DNA of 64,000 bases from Mayamaea pseudoterrestris (taxonomy: Eukaryota), in contig BROI01000009.1 of the NCBI GenBank assembly GCA_027923505.1, positions 558,001 to 622,000 on the forward strand, written 5' to 3'. Below, in pieces: positions 11,043 to 22,345 of the stretch. The stretch's first letter is position 1; the number at the start of each line of letters is the position of its first letter. Under the pieces are notes generated by a model. That model searched no databases. It was not told where the DNA came from and worked only from the letters and a program-made list of their open reading frames with translations. The position numbers and the translations under genes are program-made.

Positions 11043-14000
11043 ATGAAGCACGGAGCAGTCGTCGTTGCGTCGCTCCTCGGCCTTGCGGCTACCGCTTCGG
11101 CGAGTAGCTGGATCGTGAAGGAAAACGATTGGGAGAAGCGAAGAAACATCCGCGGCCTTGCCAGCGGCTCTGGCGCCGTTAATCCAGTAGCTGGAGGAGG
11201 CGGCGGACACTCTGGAGGATCCGGAGGACGCGCTGGTGGATCTGGCGGAAACGCCGTGAATCCTGGAGGTGATAGCGGCGGCGGCGGGGGAGGCTCCGGC
11301 GGTGGAGTCCAGCCTGTCCAGCCAGGCGGCGATGACAACAGTGGCCCAAGCGGCGGATCTGGTGGAAATGTGCGACCAGTCCAGCCGGGAGGCGGAGGAG
11401 GAGACAGTGGCGGCCCAGGAGGCGGCTCCGGCGGAGGCGCTGTTCCACCACAGCCAGGTACGTTACGTGTTGGAACGAGAGACTCTGCCTCGTTGAGTGA
11501 GCTTGATTTTACGAGATTTTAGTCGAGGACCTTTCTTCTCACACTCTACCTTTTCATCATCTTCTTTCTGCTCTTTCTGCACTTACAGAACAACCCGTTC
11601 AACCGGAAGGGCCCGGGTCTCCTCCATCTGGCAAGACCGGAAGTGGCGGATCTCCAGTTCCCTTCTTGCCTCCGCCGGCTCCAACCACGCCAGGCGGTCC
11701 ACCGAGCGTTCCGGTTGTCCCACAGCCGACTCCTGGCGCAGTCCCTTCTCCACCAGTCATGGTCACCATGAAGCCAGTTGCTGGATTTCCAGTACAGCCA
11801 CCTACTTTTGTGGGACCACCGCCGACGACGGTCTTTCCTCCGGCACCTACGACACCGCAGCTTCCTCAGACCACGGCGCCCGTTACCACTGTTCCTCCAC
11901 CTACTTTCGTAGGGCCACCGCCGACCATGGTGCAGCCGCCGACAAGCATTGTCCCGCCGCCAACGACCGGAGTATTGCCAACGACTCCTCAAGTTCCGCA
12001 GCCAGTGGCTCCTCCAACCATGGTGCAGCCGCCAACGAGCATTGTTCCACCACCAACCACTGGAGTTCTGCCAACGACGCCTCAGGTGCCGCAGCCAGTG
12101 GCTCCTCCCACCATGGTGCAGCCGCCGACGAGCACTGTTCCGCCTCCAACAACGGGTGTATTGCCAACGACGCCTCAAGTTCCGCAGACAATGGCGCCAG
12201 TCCCTGGTGTTCCAACTTTCGTAGGACCTCCTCCAACAATGATTCAACCGCCAAGCACGGGAGTTACGCCAACTGCTCCAGTCATGCAGCCAGGGGTTCC
12301 AACAACTGTCCTTCCACCTTCCATGGGAGCTCCAACGACACCACAGCTACCGCAGACGAACGCTCCTGTCGCTCCACCAACGATGGTTCAGCCACCGTCA
12401 CCACTTGTGCCACCGCCAACGCAAGCAGAAATCACACCGCCTCCGGTCACGCCGCAGCTTCCACAGCCTCAAGCGCCGGTACCAGGCGCTCCAACTATTG
12501 GCCAGCCGACGCCACTGGCACCTCAGGCTGCACCAGTACCGGTTCCAGCCATTCCTCCAGCTTCGACGCCAGTCGCAGTTCCGTCTCCACAAACGCCTAA
12601 TTTCAATGGTGGCGGTGACACGGATGATGGCGACTTTGGCTCGGGTGGTGTACTTCCGCCGTTTGCATCGCCCGCCATTGCGCCGAGTCTTGGGCAGGCC
12701 CCACAAGCGTTCCCAGTTCCAACGACCGTTCTGCCGCCGAGCCAAGTCACACCATCGGCACCAGTTGTTCCCCAGTTGCCGCAACCAGGCGCTTCTCCAG
12801 TTGCAACTCCTGTGCTAGCTCCTCAAGCTTTTCCGGTCCCAACTATAGGTGGTACGCCAACGACCGTTCTGCCGCCGAGCCAAGTCACACCGTCTGCACC
12901 AGTGGTTCCTCAGCTGCCGCAACCAGGAGCTTCTCCAGTCGCAACTCCTGTGCTAGCTCCTCAAGCTTTTCCGGTCCCAACTACAGGTGGTACGCCAACG
13001 ACCGTTCTACCGCCGAGCCAAGTCACACCATCTGCACCGGTGGTTCCACAACTGCCGCAACCAGGGGTGACTCCAGTCGCAACTCCTGTGCTAGCTCCTC
13101 AAGCTTTTCCGGTCCCAACTACAGGTGGTACGCCAACGACCGTTCTGCCGCCGAGCCAAGTCACACCATCGGCACCAGTGGTCCCGCAAGTGCCGCAACC
13201 AGGGGCTTCTCCAGTTGCAACTCCTGTGCTAGCTCCTCAAGCTTTTCCGGCCCCAACTACCGGTGGTACGCCAACGACCGTTTTGCCGCCGAGCCAAGTC
13301 ACACCGTCTGCACCAGTGGCTCCACAGCTGCCGCAACCAGGGGCGACACCTGTTCAAACGCCGACGATTGTTCAGCCGCCGACAAACGCCCCAGACATTC
13401 CACAAGGTAGTCAAGCTCCGGCCATTAATGGAGGTCCGCAAGTTCCAACGCCTGGAGTTCCAAGTCCGGCAACTTTCCCGTCTCCTGCTTCCATGCCGGT
13501 CCCGCTACCGGTGATCCCATCGCCAATTGCTAGTCCCGTTGCGTTCCCATCTCCAGCGGGCATGCCCGCTATTCCTATGGTTCCAGGACCAGGCACTCCA
13601 GCGCAAGCTCCAAGTAACACTATTGTTGATGATGATGGATTTGGTTCGGGCGGAGTTCTCCCTCCGTTCACTTCGCCAGCCATTGCACCCAGTATTGGAC
13701 AAGGACCACAAGTTTTCCCTAACGTGCAAACACCTACCTTTGTCTTGCCGCCTAGCCAGGAAGAAACGACCAACGCGCCTGCAATTCCGCAAGGCAGTCA
13801 AGCGCCGGCGATTGCGGGAGGCCCAAATGTTTCTGTTCCGAGCCCTGCTTCTTTCCCAGCGCCAGTGCCACTCCCAGTGGTTCCTTCTCCAGTTGCTTCT
13901 CCGGTCCAGCTTCCAGCGCCTACAATGGGACAGCCAATTCTTCCTGCTATCCCACAGCCAGTGACTATTCCTGTCCAAAGCCCGATTCAGCTTCCAACAC

Positions 14001-15317
14001 CTACAATTGCACAGCCGATACTTCCTGCTGTCCCACAACCAGCAGCGATGCCTGCGCAAAGTCCGATCAAATTGGACGACGATGATATTGGTTCAGGTGG
14101 TGTGCTCCCTCCGTTTGCTTCGCCAACTTTTGACGCGCCAGCCATCCCGCAAGGAAGTCAAGCTCCGGCCATTGCAGGAGGACCGAATGTTCCAGTTCCA
14201 AGCAGCGGTACAACAACTCCTCCAATCCTCCCCGCCGTGCCGGCACCAGTGGCCGAACCTGTGCAAACACCTGTCCAAATGCCATTCTCGCAGAATGGAG
14301 AATCAGATGACGGTTTCGGTTCAGGCGGTGTGCCACCTCCATTTGTTTCGCCATCGTTCGATGCTCCAGCAATTCCACAAGGCAGTCAAGCTCCAGCCAT
14401 TGCAGGAGGACCGAATGTATCACCTCCAGTCCTCCCAGTCGTTCCAGCGCCTGTGGCTGCTCCTGTGATGATTCCTGTTCAGACGGATGACGGCTTTGGA
14501 TCAGGCGGGGTGCCTCCTCCGTTTGCGACGCCTACATTTGACGCGCCAGCCATTCCACAAGGAAGTCAAGCTCCGGCCATTGCCGGAGGACCGAATGTTC
14601 CAAGTCCTCCAGTCCTACCCGCCGTCCCGGCGCCCGTATTTGCTCCGGTGCCCCTTCCAGTTCAGACAGACGACGGTTTCGGTTCTGGTGCTATAATTCC
14701 TCAGTCAACCGAAGCGACTGCTGGCGACCTTGATGCAGTAACTGGCGTAGAATCTGGAAAAGCACCTGATGAGTTTGGCCTGAGATTATATTGGAACGAG
14801 ACGTACCGTTGGCAGGGCGAAAGCGTCGAGAGAAACTGGTGCATGCGCTGTGATGACGATGAGTAAGTGGCTTGTTCTATTCGTGTCACAACGAGGTTTC
14901 AAGTGTGTATCTTTCTTACGTTGAAACCATTTCGTTCACAATTACAGACCTGAGTGCAGTGCGGGCCGCCGCGTCTACCTCACCGACTGCGACACCGACA
15001 TGATTACGATCTGGAGCTGGGTTGACAACAAAGATGATACTTACTTCCTCAAGATTGCTGGAACCGACCTTTGTTTGGGTGCCGATGGCAATTCGGATGC
15101 CATTAGCATGCAAGGCTGCGACGACACGAACGCGCTCCAGCGCTGGATCATGAATGGAGGCAGCCCAACGAAAGACACCCAGTTTGAGCTTCAGCCAGCC
15201 TTGGATTCCAATCTTTGCGCGCACAGCTCTCATCATCCACGTCTCGGTGAGTTGCTCTTCCTTCAGGACTGTGCCATTGCTCGTTATGCGACTACCTCGC
15301 TTTGGACCATGGTATAA
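11043..15317 (+). CDS. Large secreted Gly-rich/Pro-Thr-rich repeat protein with C-terminal Cys/Trp ricin-B-like domain; introns 11458..11588 and 14863..14947
   Basis: Signal peptide and RRNIRGL; both GT-AG introns restore frame between ORFs 11043, 11666 and 15000. C-terminus LRLYWNETYRWQGESVERNWCM...DLCL...QRW...HHPRLGE. Confidence 0.8.
11918..12195 (+). repeat. Coding tandem repeat, 93-bp (31-aa) unit, 3 copies
   Basis: ACCATGGTGCAGCCGCC recurs at 11924, 12017 and 12110. Confidence 0.9.
12719..13350 (+). repeat. Coding tandem repeat, 138-bp (46-aa) unit, about 4.5 copies
   Basis: CCAACGACCGTT recurs at 12719, 12857, 12995, 13133 and 13271. Confidence 0.9.
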
Positions 15318-15680
15318 GAGCTGGGATATGGCGAAGATCTGAAATTTTCATGGTGTTCACATTATATGTTTCGACGGAACAAGTATATAAATAGAGTACA
15401 GTGATACCACTATGCCAGTCGTTGTAGGTTAATTATTTTAGCAATGAGTGGTTACTTTGCATGGTCAAAAGTCGTAGAGTACTGGTACAAGTGTTGTAGA
15501 GAGAAGCGGGTCATTCATACTAAAATGAAACCTGTCGACTGTTAGCAACCAAATTATATTGTCTCAACTTACTGGTATTGTCTAAATAATATTAAGTCAA
15601 GTAACAATTACGTCATGCAACACAACATTCACATTGATGTCGTTCTTCAGTGGCACAAACACTACTCGTCCAGAAGCACT

Positions 15681-17564
15681 TCACATTTTCAAGGGCTTGT
15701 TTCGCTTCTTGGTCACCTTTGCTGTTTTGTTCGTCAACTTCTTGAGCGCGCCGTCAATAAAGGATTCTAAAATACCGGCCATGATCGTCGCATTCGTGTA
15801 AAACACAGCATTGATCAGCGGGGATATATGACTGCGATTAAACGTCTGTCCACTTCTCTCGGCCCGCACCGTGAAAAATTGGCAAATGAATTTCACTAGC
15901 AAGTAGAGCGATTTGGCTGAAAGAGGTAAAACCATCAGCAGCTCCTGTTCATCCTTGTCTGAACAGTGAAGTAAACTGTAAAGAGCAGAAGGCTCCTTTC
16001 GATACTTGTGTATATCTGCATACTGCTCCACTTTCCCTTTTCCTGATACGACTCCCTCCAAGATTGCATTCGCACTATCAGGATAGATGAGTTTAGCCAC
16101 GGGCTTAATAGGTTTGAGCTCGAGCTTCTCTGGGGTGATGCCGATTGTTAAACAGCATTCAAGAGCTTCGTCTTCCGACAAAGCTTTTGTCGTCACCAAC
16201 AGCTCGCTCGCATACCTGAAAAGCTCGTCCCAGGTACTCTGGTCAACAATGTCACTGGGTCGTTTGACATTCTCCATGAAGTTCCACGCACCGTCACGCT
16301 TCACTGTAGTCAAGGCGATCAATATTCGTGTGGACCAAAGTTAGCACGAGAAGCTGACATTGTCCGTCGTTCCACACATTCTGTACTTACCATTTTCGGA
16401 CTCGCTGTCGGCCTGGCTCAAGCCGACCGTTTTCTCGTTCATGTGTACAGTGCGCTTGACACTCTTGATCTGCATCGAGCCAGAAGTAGTGTGCTGCTTG
16501 AGCGGCAGGGATCCCTTGTGCTCCTTGACTCTGTTATGCCCCGGCGGCGCGTCAAGTTTGCCTTGCTCTTTGTGGCTGCGCGCCGTGTCAGAGGGTTCAC
16601 CACTAATGTCAATCTCGCGCAGCTCCTCAGTGACGGCTTTGTAGTCAGCAAGATCCTTGTTCGGTTTCTTGGAGGAGCTCGTGTTGCTGTCGTCATCATC
16701 GTTGCTGCCTTCTTCATCTTTATCTTCGTCGTCGTCCTTTGAGGTGTCGTCGCTGCTTGTTTTCAATGTCGCTCCCGACGGCCATTTGCGTTGCAGACGA
16801 TGCTCGGTAACCTCGTTAAAAGCGGCGATTACTGGAGGCGGGATCTCATCAAGCTTCTCAATGACTGGAAGAGGAGGAAGGCGACCAATGAATGCTTTGT
16901 AGGCAGCGGTAGGAGTGGTCGTGTTGGCTTGTTTCATCAACCACCACAAGATGCGGGCAGGGAGGAAGGCGGCCGCCTTGATGTCGTCGCCATGGATGTC
17001 TTTATAGTTTGACAAGCACTCAATGAAAGACAAGAAAGAGTTTTGCCAATTGGCGCTAGAACCAAACTGCTCAAGGACGGCGAAAGCAAAGGGCGGCAAC
17101 GGGATGCTTGCCGAAAAGGAGAGGGGATTGGTTTCGTCGACTGCCATCCCCAAGTAATCATCGGCGCCAAAGTTGTTCATGGCGTCATCGTCCAGGAGCA
17201 TACCAAAGGAAGGCGTGAATAAAGCCTCTTCTAGATCAGTAATCACTTGAAGACTCCCGGGCAAGAGACGAACGACGTTCGCCCGCGCCGAGGGACCGAT
17301 GAAAGCAAATACGACAGGACCGTCGCCGTCTTCCAACTCGTAGACGATGGGATGATGGATCAGGAGGAAATCAATCTTGGTAGCTTTCAATCCAAGGACC
17401 AAGTAAAGGTCCTCCGGACCGTGGCGGAGCGCGTTGTGGCGGTCGGAAAGGGAGACACTTGAAAACGCCGCGCTGTTGTTTGCCAAGTTGCCGTAGCTCG
17501 AACGTGAGCGCTTGGCGTCGGAATAGAAGCGAAACCATGAGGTTGCAGAGGTGGAGAGCATCAT
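15681..17564 (-). CDS. Hypothetical protein, two exons (intron 16304..16390); exon 2 is homologous to exon 2 of the gene at 25584..27886
   Basis: GTAAGT donor and CTACAG acceptor (phase 1) fuse ORFs 16341..17564 and 15681..16322. Contains LPLSAKSL and FYTN motifs. Confidence 0.75.
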
Positions 17565-17634
17565 GATGACTTGGAGGAAAGACTTTAATCTATATTACTT
17601 GACTCGAGTCGGGATGATCGAGGCAACAGAGACT

Positions 17635-17985
17635 GAAGAATGAGGACGATGGCAAGTGCTTGCAATCGATTGCAACTCGGGGAGACTCCGGCAGCTGGTC
17701 TTGGGGCATACTTAGACAAGGTCACGTTCCCGAATCTTCACGACCAGATCCTTCGGAGTCGCCTAAGAACGACTTCGCGGGGAATCAATTCTCCGAACTT
17801 GAAGGGCGGGACGCCAGCAGATGACAAAATTTGCCGAAGAATGGCTGCGTCATCATGACTACTAAGGCTGTAGCCAATCACTGCTTTCCATCCTGCAATT
17901 CTGAATCCCAAATAGACCGAAGAATGACGACGATATCAGGGCTTGCAAGGAGATTGCAACTCGGGGAGACTTCGGCAACTGGTCT
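17635..17985. repeat. Diverged direct repeat of about 67 bp (17635..17701 and 17919..17985)
   Basis: Shared core GATTGCAACTCGGGGAGACT(C/T)CGGCA(G/A)CTGGTCT preceded by GAAGAATGA.GACGAT. Confidence 0.8.
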
Positions 17986-18487
17986 ACATGACCGTTATGT
18001 AGGATTCTGGAAAGCCGAAGGGAAAGCGGAGATTTGATTGGCCAACTGTGACATCATCGGATGACGGCATTGGCCGCATCGGTTCCAGAGGTCATGGGTC
18101 CTCTTCAAGGATTTGAAGCCCGCCGTCGCAAGGAGCCTGTTTGCTTGTGATTCTTTTGGTCAGTTTGCCTCGAAGCTACAGTACCGTTCAAGAACTGTAA
18201 GATAGAGTAAAGTTCCCACCCTAGCCCACCCCTGAGTTCAGCAGCAGCTCACTGCAGCTGGCAAGCATCCTGCTCTTTAGCGCGGATCTAGCCCTCCTCT
18301 GATAGCTCTGTGGGGGTGCTTGGGTAGCTAAACCTAGCTTAACACTATCGATTAAAGAGTACAGACAAAAAATTGGCATGACTGCCGGGCCGGCCGCGCG
18401 CAAAAGCCTTCGCGCCAAGCTTGCGAGGCCTCGCTAAAAAGGCCATCACGATCGCTTTCGCCACAAACACAAACGTGCATCATCACC

Positions 18488-20278
18488 ATGGGTATCAGCG
18501 CCTCAACACTTACCAGTGGCTCGCTCGTTTTGGTTGAATTGGATAAAGAGAAAATGGAGGAGATCCCTCCGGAGCCTCAGCGTCTGATGGGCGCAGTGGC
18601 GTCGAGCAGCGGTGCCGCCGGCAGCATGCTGGATGTCGCTCATGCCTCTGCAGCCGAGTTGGCAAGCGACGGCTTGATTGGAACTTTCGCGTTGTCGGGA
18701 GGAGTCAATGCGGCGGCGGATCATGGTAAGTCTACGATTGAGTCCTAATAAATGTGCAGCGTGGCGTGTCAGTCAATACTGCATGCTGCTCAACAGCCTT
18801 GCTCTACTCACACCTTTTTCTCTGCTGCACCGTTCCTCCTACTCTCTTACAATCATGATCTAGGCAAGGATGAAGCTCTTGACATTGATGACCTTGATGC
18901 CAAGAACGCCGCGTTCACGGCCTTTCAAGCGGCAAGCAAGATCTTGTGCGAACATTACGGCTTCACAAGCGAAGACATCAAGGCTGCGATTGACAACAAG
19001 GACAAGAAAGGCAAGCATGCTATTGCACTCACGGATGAAGATTTCATCCAGCTGCGCGACGCAAAACTGACCCAAGTCACGGGGCTTGTCGAAATTGCAG
19101 GAGAGACCATCGACCTCGACGACGTCGAGATTGATTGGGACGCCGAGGAAGGACTGTTACTCAAGTACGACTTCACGGGCACGGGTCGTCATGAATGGAT
19201 TGTACCAGTTTCAACAACTGGCATGATCTTGGTTGCGACTACTGATTTAGAGCACTCTTTGAAACGAGTTCTTGCAAGCGGGAATGGGAAGCATTCGTAC
19301 AGCCGCCAGGCATCCATCAAGGAACTCAAGTTAGAACGTCACATCTGTCCAAGCTTGGTAAACCTTTACGCCGACTCAGCGTTCCAGAAGCACGTCAAGT
19401 ATATCACAAAATACGCTCAGAACATCCGAAATTGCGAGATTAAAGTCGAAAAGGCGCACTCGGAAGACGACCTTGCCGAGGCAGATGGCAAACTAAGCGC
19501 CGCCGCTATGGAGTACAACCGAGTCTTGTCAACGTCCATGTTGTATTTTGCTTGCAAAGGAGAGGTCTTTGCGCATGACTCTGCGCTAAATGGACCACCG
19601 ACCAAGATTGTGACTTTTGGATTGGCACGCGAGCCAGTTATTAATACTCAGATGGAAGCTGGCCGCGTTCCGTCGTGGATGACAGAAATGACTGACGCCA
19701 TCGAGGCGCATGCCGCCGAGCTTGGTCGTAACACTGTTGCCATTCAAGACAATCGAGCTGAAAGTTCGGCACTGAAAATTCGCCAAGATGCTACCGATGG
19801 CCAAGTTGCCACGCTCAACAGCTCCATCGGTATGTACGATGGACGCTTGAAGCAGCTCAAGGTATCCGACACGCTCCAGGAATACACCAAAGACTATTCA
19901 AAGGCGCATGGAGCACGTCACGATGGTGTGGTCGAATTGATGGAGGTGCACGAGAAGTACAATGTCGACTTGAATCCGGATGTTGGGTTATTGATTCAGT
20001 CGGACGCGCGCTACGACTACCACCTTGCGACCCACGACAAGCAGTTCATGGCTCAGGAGGAAGTCAACGCCGCCACTGCGCAGAAGCATGCCAAGTATGA
20101 GCAATTCATCGCCAACCAGCAGGAAGTCAACGCCGCCAATGCGCAGGAGTTTGAACTCATCTGGTCCACCTTGAAGAAGGCGCAGAAGCTGGACGATGAA
20201 GAGGTGGATGTATTTGAAGATTGCATCCAGAGCGAGGAAGGCGAGAATGTCGATCCCAAACGCCGTTTGAAATTTTAA
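18488..20278 (+). CDS. Hypothetical protein with C-terminal coiled coil; intron 18726..18863
   Basis: GTAAGT donor and CTAG acceptor (phase 1) join ORFs 18488 and 18752. Duplicated QFxxQxEVNAAxAQ unit near the C-terminus. Confidence 0.7.
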
Positions 20279-20644
20279 GTTCATGGAAAGCGAAAGTGCA
20301 AGAGTGTGTCGAGTAATGTATGAAGGACAAGATGGAAATAGTACTACTAAGTAATGTTACGAGTATAAATTAACTTTGAAGAATTTCACGGTTTCTCTTG
20401 AGAAGACTAGTTTCGATGGACGTTTTTTGTTCAAGTGCGGTCGAGCATCGCGAGTATTGTTCCTACAAATAATCGATTAAAAAATGTCCATTTCCTCATC
20501 CACTAGTCCACTTCTGTTCGCCTGCCAATTGTTGGTGTACGAGTAATGATGGCTCAAACATTGCAACTGAGCATGCAGCTATGCAATCACTACTCGCGTC
20601 ATCCCCTCAAATGTTCATGCCGGTTCCATACACCTACTGGCACG

Positions 20645-22117
20645 TTAAGCTAGCGAGGCCACTGCCAAAGCCTCGCCATCATTCTCGTTCATTATGGCAG
20701 GCTTGTTCGCTGGCTCGGCTGATAAATGTTTCTGTTTGGTCCTCATGCTCCACAGCAGCACACCAATCGCTCCAATGGCTGCAGCGACAACAAGCCCGAG
20801 AAAGAACCCAGCGACACCAGTGATCCGTTGACCGCTATTGTTCTTTGTGGCCAAATGGCAAATTGCTTGTGATATATTATACTTGGTACATGCATCAGCT
20901 TGCGATCCGCAGTCATGACACCAAGACTTGAGCGTAACATTGGCAAAGTATTCGTTCAAAGAGTCTAGCGAGCACAAGGCCGTCTCGTCAGCATTGTCAA
21001 TGGAACAAATGGAGTCCAACACGACAATCTTGTCAGTATCGAGTCCATTTTCGCTCACTCCAGGACGATACACGACGCGAACACGTTTGTTCATCGGCCT
21101 GGCCGCATCCACGTACAGTTCCAATACGAGCGCTGCCGCATAGGCTGGAATGCTTTCCTTATTGACCGGATCTTCTTCAAGTGCGGCTAAGAGTCCAAGG
21201 AGAACCGGATAGTGTGCCGAGTACAAGTAGAAACCGTCCAAGCCATCAGCACTTGTCGTCGTTGTCATTGGTGCAGCATTATCGTCATCATTCATGCGCT
21301 CCAATATTTGCAACATCAAGTTTCCTCCAATCAAGCGTCCAGCATTCTTAGTTCCGTACTTGAGAAACTCGGCTTGTTTGGCAATCTCTTGTAATTCGTT
21401 CCACTGCTTGGGTGTCAATACGTGAACAAGCTGGTGGCGCTCGGCCGTGCAAGTTGATCCGTTTGGACTCGCGCCGCACTCCGTCTTGGCAACTTGAATG
21501 CTGTCGTAAACATTCCAAACCAAGTCAACAGCAATGGAGCCCCCCGTTTCATCGGTGAATGCATTGAAGCGACGCATGGCACCTAGAGTTTTGAGCAAAC
21601 TGGCATGCTTCTGCGCGAGCGACTGAAACTGTAGGCCGTCGTAAAGTGCGTCAAGCTGGAGTCCGTTTGGACACTTGTCATATGCTCTGATTATGTAGTC
21701 GTCTTTCGCGTCGCGGCTGTATACGGGAACATTGGCAGCAATCTGAATATTTGAAGGCAGCTGACTCTCCTGTAAAGGATCGCGTGCCGTTGCGTTGAAC
21801 AATCCAAGTGCGAGGGAGTTGGCCGAGCTGACGGTTCGCTCAAAGGATGAACTCTCAAGACGAACCTTGTCAGCCTGATAAGTGTCAAAGAAGAATGAAG
21901 TATTTTTGTGATTATATCGTTCCTTGATCCATACTCCTAGATTGTACATTTGCTTTTGACCGAGTGATGTGAGTGGGCCCTCTGTAAATTCTTTCAAATT
22001 GTCTCCCTTCCGTAGCGTGAGGCGACTGCCATGGCGAGTGACGAGATGAACTTGCTTCAAAATGCTTTCAGCTGTTACTGCCGAAATCAAACTTGAGAGG
22101 AGGCAAACAATGTTCAT
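20645..22117 (-). CDS. Histidine acid phosphatase (branch 2), secreted and membrane-anchored
   Basis: Signal peptide, VHLVTRHGSR, GPLTSLGQKQMYNLG, SSFERTVSSA, YSAHY and a C-terminal TM helix. Confidence 0.85.
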   Translation of the reverse strand: MNIVCLLSSLISAVTAESILKQVHLVTRHGSRLTLRKGDNLKEFTEGPLTSLGQKQMYNLGVWIKERYNHKNTSFFFDTYQADKVRLESSSFERTVSSANSLALGLFNATARDPLQESQLPSNIQIAANVPVYSRDAKDDYIIRAYDKCPNGLQLDALYDGLQFQSLAQKHASLLKTLGAMRRFNAFTDETGGSIAVDLVWNVYDSIQVAKTECGASPNGSTCTAERHQLVHVLTPKQWNELQEIAKQAEFLKYGTKNAGRLIGGNLMLQILERMNDDDNAAPMTTTTSADGLDGFYLYSAHYPVLLGLLAALEEDPVNKESIPAYAAALVLELYVDAARPMNKRVRVVYRPGVSENGLDTDKIVVLDSICSIDNADETALCSLDSLNEYFANVTLKSWCHDCGSQADACTKYNISQAICHLATKNNSGQRITGVAGFFLGLVVAAAIGAIGVLLWSMRTKQKHLSAEPANKPAIMNENDGEALAVASLA

Positions 22118-22345
22118 GGTGATGATGATTGTTTATTACACTTCCTTCCATTGCATCGTTCCGCAAAAGTGTGAGTGGCAGAAATATCGTGTGCCAAAGA
22201 TCGCGAAGAATGTTGGATGCTGCCGGAACGTGTCGAAAACCTTTGCGACATTCACGCCGACCATCAAATCCGACCATGACGCAAAACGCCGTCGACATCG
22301 GCACAAATTCACAGTCAAGCTTGTACACTGCGTACATCGCACAAC

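Noticed and set aside
11497..12600. 367-aa alternative-frame ORF
   Set aside because: Out-of-frame shadow of the Pro-rich repeats; it starts inside the predicted intron.
11918..14700. Regularly spaced repeats as a CRISPR-like array
   Set aside because: Units are multiples of three, fully repeated without unique spacers, and lie within a coding exon.
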